Assembly (NCBI GenBank): GCA_964016885.1
Contig: OZ024740.1
Location: forward strand, 394,754,001 to 394,818,000
Length of the DNA stretch: 64,000 bases
Origin: Eledone cirrhosa
Lineage: Eukaryota
Direction of reading: 5' to 3'
Shown: one piece after another, positions 54,847 through 64,000 of the stretch
Layout of the letters: each line of letters begins with the position of its first letter
Numbering within the stretch: the stretch's first letter is position 1
Made by a program: the position numbers and the translations under genes
The notes under the pieces: model-generated
The model's input: only the letters and a program-made list of their open reading frames with translations
The model's database searches: none
What the model was told of the DNA's origin: nothing

Positions 54847-55461
54847 GTATGTATATATATATGTATATATATGTATATGTATATATATATGTATATATAA
54901 ATATGTATATTTGTATGTATATATATATGTATATATGTATATATGTATGTATATATGTATATATATATATGTGTGTGTGTATATATATACATATATATAT
55001 ATATCACCTAGGGGGATAGTTTTGGGGTCTAATTTGATAGACGACGGGAGAAGGTGGAGCACAGCCTATTACATAATGAGTAGACAGTTTGATGACCTTT
55101 GCCATCCCCATTTGGTGACTGTTGCGGTCCGTGTTCGGTTTGCCGAGTTGGGGAAGATGGGTGGCCCGCGTTCGGTTTGCCGAATGTGGAAGGTGGGTCC
55201 CGGGCTGGTTTAGCAGGTATCATGAGTGCCGGCTGGCGTTCTGTTTAGGGTGTTTGGTCAATATTTTGTGGACAGATTGGAGCAACAACGGTTTTATTTA
55301 CGTGTATATATATATATATATACATACATACATTTATATATATATATAACCTTTTGTTCGATTCTGATATTTCTTACATCTCCATACACAATTGTCAATA
55401 GAATTGGTTTAGCATATTTACAGCAATGTTCTAGATACAATCATCCATATATATATAATTT

Positions 55462-57282
55462 CTAAACAACAGTCTCGCTACCACTTTTGCTTCGTTTTGT
55501 CTTGTCTATGCGAATCGTCCGTGTAGGTTTTGAAATAATTCTGTACTGTTGACTAGGTATACTATACTCAATAGATTTTCTTTCATTCTGCTTGCAACAA
55601 AACCTTCCAACAAACTTTCGCCACGAGTGGATAGTCTTTGACGACCATATCCACATACCACTGGTAATACCGACAATTAAGTTCATAAATATTTTCAACA
55701 TGAAAATCTCTATGCTCGGTTTGGACGAAGAACCGGCTGAATACCAGTCTTTCCTGTTGGTGTATTCGTAGAACAAGCAGGCAATAACACAGGTGGCTGG
55801 CAGCGTGTAAAGAACAGAAAATACGCCAATTCTAACCATGAGCACTTCCAGCTTATCTGTTTTTACACCGCCGTTACGGGCCTGCCGTCGAATTCCAAAA
55901 AGCGATATAAAACCAGCTACAAGAAAAGCTGTTCCCACAAACAGGTAAAACACAAGGGGTCCAATGACGAACCCGATTAAAGAGTTATCGTTTTGGTTAC
56001 CTACAAAACATATACCAGTTAGTTCATCAGCATCCACATCCCGCATGATAAGAATTATGATTGTTTTGATCGCTGGGATAGCCCAAGCTGTTAAGTGAAA
56101 GTAAGAACTGTGAACTTGAAGAGCTTCATGGCTCCACTTGAGCCCAGCTGAGAAAAACCACGTTACAGTAAGTATTACCCACCATAAGGCACTAGCAGTA
56201 CCAAAGAAGTAGAGCAACAAGAACACAATAGCACAATCGGTATTCTCCAAGCCTTCTTGTATCAATATTGAGTACTCTCGGCGAACTTCTCGATGAACAT
56301 CACAGGAGATATTTTGTCGACCAGCGATAAGCCGTACAATATAGGCAATACTGTAGATATTGTAACACATAGCAAGGAAAATAATGGGCTGCTCCGGGTA
56401 GCGGAAACGTTGCGAGTCAATTAAGAAGGTCAAGACGGTAAAAAGTGTCGAGGAGAAGCATAAAATTGACCAAATGGCCATCCATACGTCGGAGAATTCC
56501 TTGTCGTTGTAAGTAAAAGCGTCATGTCTACCACAACGTAGGGCACAGCGTTCTGTACGATTGACGAATATGTAATTCTCTGGGTGACGTTTATGAGAAC
56601 AGCTGCCGGAAGGGCGTGAATGGGAAAATGATGTTATATGTTTCAAGCCATGATTTGTAGGTCTTTTGTCAGATTTATCTGGTTCCGAGTTCTCATTATT
56701 GTTATCATCTTCCTCTTTTTCACCCGGGCCGTCCATGCACATATGGTCTTGATTATTGTTAGGTGGAAATTTAGAACAATTAAGAATGTTGGGCCAACTG
56801 AGGCCAAACTCTTGCAAAACAGGTTGACATTTCCGTTTCACACTTTCACACATGGGTCGGCACGGCCCGATTGGTTCTTTCACTTTATCTGTACACATTG
56901 GTACAAAGACGGAACATAAAAAGAAAGTTAACTGGGAACTACAGCCATACTGAATGAGTGGACTGAATGTATTAAGCTGTAGCTGAGCGTCCCGCTGCTT
57001 GTCATCGCCGGCCAGATTCGGCATACCGGTTACATTGTAACCTTGTCGTTTGCAGGTCGGAATTTCTATCGGATCACATGTTCTTACGACTTCACCTGTG
57101 ACCAAAGATGGTCTGCTGGACGGTACAAATCCTAGAAGTAGAATGCTGATGAATAACAAGGAAGTTTGGAACGGCATGGATGATTTGCCGCAAACCAATT
57201 GTATGAACGTCCGAAGTGTGGAGGATATAGAATGTGTTGGAAGAAAAGTTGAAACACCTGTAATAACTTTGGCAGGATGCAT
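55462..57282 (-). CDS. fzd4: Frizzled-4-like Wnt receptor (uninterrupted ORF)
   Basis: 606-aa ORF with a 10-Cys CRD ([35 protein letters not shown]), seven hydrophobic segments, [12 protein letters not shown], the KTxxxW Dishevelled motif (KTIHSW) and C-terminal ETVV as in vertebrate FZD4. The signal peptide fits the second ATG at 57177. Confidence 0.95.
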   Translation of the reverse strand: MHPAKVITGVSTFLPTHSISSTLRTFIQLVCGKSSMPFQTSLLFISILLLGFVPSSRPSLVTGEVVRTCDPIEIPTCKRQGYNVTGMPNLAGDDKQRDAQLQLNTFSPLIQYGCSSQLTFFLCSVFVPMCTDKVKEPIGPCRPMCESVKRKCQPVLQEFGLSWPNILNCSKFPPNNNQDHMCMDGPGEKEEDDNNNENSEPDKSDKRPTNHGLKHITSFSHSRPSGSCSHKRHPENYIFVNRTERCALRCGRHDAFTYNDKEFSDVWMAIWSILCFSSTLFTVLTFLIDSQRFRYPEQPIIFLAMCYNIYSIAYIVRLIAGRQNISCDVHREVRREYSILIQEGLENTDCAIVFLLLYFFGTASALWWVILTVTWFFSAGLKWSHEALQVHSSYFHLTAWAIPAIKTIIILIMRDVDADELTGICFVGNQNDNSLIGFVIGPLVFYLFVGTAFLVAGFISLFGIRRQARNGGVKTDKLEVLMVRIGVFSVLYTLPATCVIACLFYEYTNRKDWYSAGSSSKPSIEIFMLKIFMNLIVGITSGMWIWSSKTIHSWRKFVGRFCCKQNERKSIEYSIPSQQYRIISKPTRTIRIDKTKRSKSGSETVV

Positions 57283-60200
57283 GGTTTGATGTTGGAATTA
57301 CTATTATAACATCAAAATTGTCCGTCTGCAAAAAGCAATACTAAACTCCGCTAGGAATGTTTTCATGTGGTAAATAAAAATCATAAATTGTCTTTCGTTT
57401 TGTATTGAAAGAATTAAAAAGATATTACTTTTGAGATTAATTATCACTTACTTTTTTTGATATATCCATATGGTAAAACGATAACAATTGTATTCAATCT
57501 TGTCTTTTTTTTTTTAATACAATTTGCATTTATCTATGCACTATAGTCACACCGACATAAGTAACAAAAAGAAATCTTTACTTGCACTTTATACTTTTTC
57601 CAGAAGAAAGTAAATGCCAATATAGATGGAGTGTGGTAGGCAAACAATGTAAATAATATTGAATATCCGAGAAGTGAAAGCAATTAGAGACGGCTGGTTA
57701 CAGACAGACGCCTTCCATTTGTTTGGTATTTTTTTTTTTTATATATATTTTCATTTGGTTGTTTTTATTTATAGTTTTTTTTTTCAACAAGGAAACAATT
57801 TTTTAAATCAGCAGTTAGTGTTGTTGGTAAGTCTTTGTTGTTGCTGATGTTATTGCTTGGTTTGCTCTCTCTCTCTCTCTTTAACTTTCTCACACTGTTG
57901 AAGATGTATTTGGTTAGTCCTCGAATGCGAGCGGGGAAGATAAACAGTGAAATAACATGAATTGTTGCTGTGTTGGTAAGAGAGAAAAGAAAAGACGGCG
58001 GTGGTGGTGGTGGTGGTGAAGAGGGGGGTGATAGTGCTGGCGAGGTGTATGGATGGGCGGAGATACAGCTGGTATGGTGTCAGCATTAACTTCCAAATCT
58101 CACTACCTTAATAATGTACCCCGGTATAAAAAATAGGTAACACAGTTCTAATCGATTATTATTATTATTGACCTTGTACTTATGTTAGGAATCCTTAATC
58201 ACTTTTAGTATACTATTTCTTCTATTACTATTATAATTATTCTATGGTATTTGACTGCTACAACACTCACTAAAATATGTTTTCACGTAATCCCACGTAA
58301 TGTTTTACACTACTATAAAATATATTGTAGCAACAAGGGGGAAAATAGAATAAAAACAAATGACAAACTTCTGGATCGGAGGCTATTTTTAGTTGTAGTT
58401 ATTTACTGTGTAACATATTAATGTGCCAGAAATAAGAAAAATCCCTATGAGTCGTTGAAAGAGTTGTATTGATCCAACTAATCTTGCTCTGGCTGCAGTT
58501 AGCTAGGACAGGAAGGAAAGTAAACAAATAAGATTTAGTCGATGCACTAAAAAGAATGTTTCATGCCAATAGAATGAAGATAGAAAAAAAAGAAATGATA
58601 GGATTCTATTTTTCTTTCTGCTTGTTTTCTATAATAAACTTGAGAAATTACGTGGTTTAATTTAGAAGAGACAAAGCAAAAGACACACACAAAATAGATA
58701 TTATCAGAGAAATAAACAATGCTTAAGTAAAGCTTGCTATTAATTTAATTATTCTTACAAAGCATTTATAGCGAATTGTCCGAATACCAAGTGTCGGCTT
58801 CAGAAATTAAGATTCACTTTACTTCATATATAATAAGAGTATATGTGCTAAAAGTTGCTGAATTCGAAGAGAGATGTGTAAATTCGAACGACAGAAAAAT
58901 TGGGTTGTGTTTTTACACACAAACCGGAGAGGAGAGGTAGAGAGAAAAATAGATACAAATTGAAGTGAAGAAAAATAATAAGGGAAAGCTGAGGAGGAAA
59001 GAAAAACAGCAACAAACACCGTTTGGGTAGAGGATACGAGTTTACTAAATAAAAAAAATAAAGACTATGAAGAAAACAGACGAAGAGACGAATGGTGTTA
59101 AGCACAATTGTGTCAATTCTATCTCGGCAGATAGCTTTTTAAGAAATGACGCCTCATACACACATACACAAACTGACACATACACACACGCATACAAACA
59201 CTTTCTCTCATTCAACCGTCACTGGAAATTAACTCCTATTACACATTTAAGTAAAACACAGAATTTAAAACATCTTTACAATGTATACTAGTATACATGA
59301 AGTTATCTATCTTTCTATCTCTCTATCTGACCCATTGCCAACATCCGAAAAGGAGACGTGTGAATAAGGATGATAGAAAGATAAAGAGAGAGAGGGATAG
59401 GATTAAGCCAGACAAATCCCGATTACTGTTTCTGCATAGTTGTTTTTGTTTTATCTGGCCCCTCTGCCTTTTGTTGTTGTTGTTTTGTTTGTATGTTTGT
59501 TCTTTTTACTAAGGAATGAAAATGTTTTTTTTTTTTTTTGTGATCTGTAGGAGACGTTCCGAGTAGTTTAAGTTCGCCTCTTTTAAATATCATCGACAGA
59601 CTTACCTCTAAGTGATATATAGTGTGTGTGTGCATACACATTAGTTGTGTCTGTAGACAGGGGTAATAGTTCTTTTAAAATAATTGTTGTGGTTATTATT
59701 ACCATTATTTTGCTTTTTTATCACTGATAAACTTTGCTTATAAGTAGCAAATATAATTGACGAATGAATATTAAAGAAAACCAGCAAAATATCAATGTTG
59801 TATAGAAGGCAGAACGACCGATGTTTTAAATGCTGTTGTTTTTTCCCCCTGGTTCCACGTTATTTGGTTCAGATGTATATATACATATACATAAGATGCA
59901 CGATTTTGTGATCCTTTGTGTATTTTATAATGTTTTAAAATATAAAAATCAGGTTTGAAATATATGAAAGACGATGTTGATGAAGACGAAGCTAGCTGGA
60001 CAGAAGTTTTAGTTTAACAGACGTGGCCCAGTCCAACGGGAGTCCGCCGATCAATGTAAGTGTACAGTAGCTGTTGTAATCGTCCGTGTCATATTATAAC
60101 AATATCCTGGTACTGACTGGTAAAGCAGAAATAGCCACTGACCCATCAAAAAACTAATGTGCAGACTTGTTCCAGTGTGTGTTGTTTTCCTTAAGAGCTC

Positions 60201-61240
60201 CTATATTCTCCAAGCAAACGACCCACTCCGTTTCTCCGTGCCAGTAAATGAGCGAAGATGTGTATGTATATATGAATATCTTTTTTTTTCCTTCTCACTC
60301 TTACTATCTGTGTGAAAAGTGGATGTATTTTATTTTCTTTTTTACTCCTTTAATAGAACTGTCCAAATAAACACCACCACTTCTAGTAGAATTAACTGTA
60401 GTATCAGAGCCCTTAAAACCAGTATGATCTGGGATTGTAGATGTAGCACTAAAAACAATATTAGTAGTAGCAATCGCTATGGACTTATTAATACCGCTTG
60501 CTGTATTACCATGATCGTCAGCAATGCCATTACACCCACTTATCCACACCATGTTGTGGCACTAGACGCGTGTGTATACGTTCCTTATATACCCCCACAA
60601 GTCGGCTGTCTCCCCTACCTCCTTCAACCTCCACCTCTTACTACTGCTCCTGTCAGTTTCTCTTAGCATTCTCCCCCTTCATACATACATGCACACACAC
60701 ACACATTCTCTCTCTCTCTCTCTCCCTCTCCCTCTTTCACTCTCTCTTTCTCTCTTACCCCTCCCTCTTTCTTTCTCTTTCTCTCATACTACATGCAACT
60801 TACACCACTCCTCTTATTGCTCTTCGCCTCCGGTTGTTCCCGCGTCATAAATATATATCTACTCCTCCTTCCTCACCTCTTCATTTCTTCAGTGTTTTCT
60901 CTTTTCTTCTGTTATTCTGCATTAAACACCCTTACAAACATAAGCACATACAACACCCTATACACACCGGCTCATGTACACCAGCGTGCAGGCAAGCAGA
61001 CACATACACAAACGTATATATACATATACACACATTTCAGTTGTATTTCTCTAATTTCATTTGCTATCTTCGTTCATTCACTTCCGAGGATTATTTTTCT
61101 TCACTGATTCCTGAATTAACACACACATACATGTATGTACACACTGAATACAAATATACACACACCTTTATTCCGGACAGTATGTATATATATATATATA
61201 TATTTCATTCATTTAATTATGACTAAGTAGTGAGCCTTGT

Positions 61241-61313
<73 letters not shown>

Positions 61314-61462
61314 TATGTATGTATGTATGTATGTATGTGTGTGTGTGTGTAGTTAGATAGATAGTTATGCATCACATATTTTTGTTTGCTTGTGTACGTG
61401 TTGACTATTCGCCTCTTAACTCTCTCTCTCTCGCTCTCTCTCTCTCGCTCTCTCTCTCTCGC

Positions 61463-61513
<51 letters not shown>

Positions 61514-61913
61514 CTCTCTCTCCACACACGCACACTCATATATATATAGAGAGAGAGAGAGAAAAAGAGAGAAGAGGAGAGACAAGTAAATGCATACATA
61601 TAGAAATGAGATAATGAATGTATAACTTATTCAACTTGTATAGTTCGCGAGTTCGATTCTTTTCGTGCCTTTCAATACTTTTCTATGTATTGTTTCAGGC
61701 TATGTCGACTGTCATCGATATTTAATTCCAGGTTAACACTGGTCCAATAGACCTGCCCGAAGGCGTTTTAACCGTACCCTCTCAGCCTCTAAATTCTTCC
61801 GAGATATAGGATTCGTTATTTTGATATATAATGGTGTGGATTTTAGTACATGTAGCTGTTGTTTCGAGCAAGTCAAGTGAAACCACATATAGGCATGATA
61901 GTTGTTATTGTTA

Positions 61914-62093
61914 CAGACCTGTCAACTACCCCGTCCGACGGCATGGTCTCCCACCCACTTTGGGGTCTTCACTTGTGAAAATAGGTATAACTTTTATTAT
62001 CTAAAATCTCCCCATGTTGCCTCATTTCTCCCCGTTTTGGGGCACTTTTTTTCAAGGTACTCCTCGTTTGGGTTTTAGAGGTTGGCAGGTCTG
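61914..62093. mobile_element. MITE with 13-bp TIRs
   Basis: CAGACCTGTCAAC ... GTTGGCAGGTCTG flanked by TTA; second copy at 9633-9769. Confidence 0.75.
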
Positions 62094-62316
62094 TTATTAT
62101 TATTGTTATTTACATCTAATTAGACTTCAAAAGCTTTTCCCAATTGACTACTATTTAAGAGAGTATCGTGTGTAATTTGAGTAAATTTCGCTGCTATTCC
62201 TAGCAGCTCGAACAGTGGTTCGTTGATTCATATGGGATTGTTACCTGCGAAAGACTGGCAAGCTATTGAAAGAAAATGTATTTACACTTTATTCTATAAT
62301 TATTGATTCAAGCATG

Positions 62317-62605
62317 GACTCGAGGTTGTGAGTTCGATTCCCGGACCGGCTGAGGCGTAGTGTCCTTCAACAAGACTATTTATTTCACGTTGCTCCAGTA
62401 CACTCAGCTGCAGAAATTAGTTGCAACGTCTCTGGTGCTAAACTCTCTCGGTCTTTACCTTTCTCTTGGACAAATCGATGGCATGGAGAGGGGAGACTGG
62501 TACGCATGAACGACGGCTGGTCTTCCACAAAAGCAACTTGTCCGGCCATGGAAGCGAACTTTTAGGCGCAAAACCATGGTTATTCATGACCGAAAGTGGT
62601 CTTTA
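62317..62605 (+). mobile_element. SINE family B-related element
   Basis: GAGTTCGATTCCCGG B box, GTGTCCTTCAACAAGAC CORE-like segment, ATTTCACGTTGC. Confidence 0.8.
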
Positions 62606-62670
62606 CCAATTTATATATTCTAGAGATTACCTACATCATTTAGACATAATAAGAATATTAATATATTATA

Positions 62671-62860
62671 TATTATAACGAGTCGGGACCCGACGGCTGA
62701 GCTTTTGTCGTTTCAATAGCAAGTCTCGAACTATCTGTTGAAACGGCAAGAGCTCAGCCGTCGGGTCCCGACTCTTTATAATACAACCATACTCTACTAT
62801 TCAAGTATCGATTACACTGTTGAGTAACGGTCGAACTAGTTTTACATTGGTTCTATCCTG
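62671..62860 (+). mobile_element. Hairpin+tail mini-element with a hammerhead 3' half
   Basis: Arms 62671-62719 / 62735-62783 contain GAAACGGC-AAGAGCTCA-GCCGTC (stem III + GUC); tail similar to 6434-6515. Confidence 0.7.
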
Positions 62861-62921
<61 letters not shown>

Positions 62922-62924
<3 letters not shown>

Positions 62925-63205
62925 AATATCTACTGACCGAAGACCGGGAAAACCACAAATCAATGTAGTACTCGATGCATGATGAAATATAGAATGAGTA
63001 AATGTCCAGCCGCGATCTCCATGGTTTCAGCTTATTATCCTTTCATGCCAATGGTTTTGGGGGTATCATAAACAAATGGAGGATATCCGAGGCATCGTTA
63101 TTGCTAGTTGAAAACTATATATTGAAAAAACAATTGCCTTGAGGAAGCTTAGAGAGTTTCCAAGCTGAAACCACAAAACACGCGGTCGGACTTTTAGCTT
63201 AATAC
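62922..63205 (-). mobile_element. Older hairpin+tail mini-element with a degenerate hammerhead
   Basis: 63001-63033 is a diverged reverse complement of 63162-63195; the plus strand reads TTGAGGA-AGCTT..AAGCT-GAAACC..GGTC (63139-63187). Confidence 0.55.
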
Positions 63206-63750
63206 GCACACGCACGCACACACACACAAATATATATATTCCGTTTAGTTAACTATGATGTAATAATATGAAAAGCAGTTTACGTTATGTAACTCATCCA
63301 TCGTTGATGTTGAATCACGTTGCTGGTGCAGGAACGGGGTTAAATATTAATTTGATTAAAATGACAGGAGGCCGGTCTGGCGATATCCTTTTAAAGTTTT
63401 ATTTTTGCAAAAAAACACTTCATATATATATATATATATTTCAAGGGCCATGTTACGTAAGATCCTGGCGACATCATCAGGTTCAGATTTCACAATTAGT
63501 TACGGTAATCAATAACAGGAATTACGGCAAACACAAACAGAAAATAGAGACAATATTTGATTCGGAGATGGCCCACGAAATTGGTGTTATTGTTGCAGCA
63601 GGCCATTTCCGTTTGTCTTGTGCAGTTTCTGTCTTCCAGATTATACTCACACGGCATTGGTCAATCTGAGGTATAATTAGAAGACACTTGCCCAAAATGT
63701 CGGTATTGGGTTGAATCTAGGACCACACAGCTATCTTCCCGCTCTCCCCC

Positions 63751-63847
<97 letters not shown>

Positions 63848-63937
63848 GATTCTTGTTCACAATAATTTCTATTTTCATTTATATATATATATGTACATAT
63901 ATATATATGTGTGTGCATGTATGTATATATATATATA

Positions 63938-64000
63938 TACATACTACTGTACGTCTGTATACATATATGTATGTACGTATACATACTTATATTTAAGTAA
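63938..64000 (+). mobile_element. Partial copy of the 47250-47820 family
   Basis: TACTGTACGTCTGTATACATATATGTATGTACGTATACATAC..TTTAAGTAA matches 47711-47770. Confidence 0.75.

Noticed and set aside
56638-57331. Antisense or alternate-frame ORFs over fzd4
   Set aside because: Short shadow ORFs with no recognisable domain.

Overview
Eukaryotic, very AT-rich, microsatellite-dense DNA. The repeat content suggests an octopus or other coleoid cephalopod (inference, not verified). There is one intact host gene, a Frizzled-4-type Wnt receptor whose CDS is one uninterrupted ORF on the minus strand (55462-57282). The rest is repeats: (TA)n/(CA)n/(CTT)n arrays, tRNA-type SINEs, a decayed R4/Dong-like LINE, an RTE fragment, an ORF1-only L1/Tx1-like element, a DD37D (maT) transposon, MITEs, a non-autonomous Helitron and a decayed Penelope-like element (PLE; RT plus GIY-YIG). 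The most striking pattern is about ten short (80-570 bp) inserts inside (TA)n arrays, each built as inverted arm + sense arm + 60-90 nt unpaired tail. Several carry complete or half minimal hammerhead ribozymes, and one is made purely of the termini of the large PLE. Across otherwise dissimilar families the inverted arm ends just before a shared RCTC...GAGY stem that shows one compensatory change. A second dispersed ~200-bp repeat has a head resembling an HDV/CPEB3-like ribozyme. Most ORFs in the supplied track are microsatellite artefacts. All alignments and folds were read by eye, so repeat coordinates are approximate.
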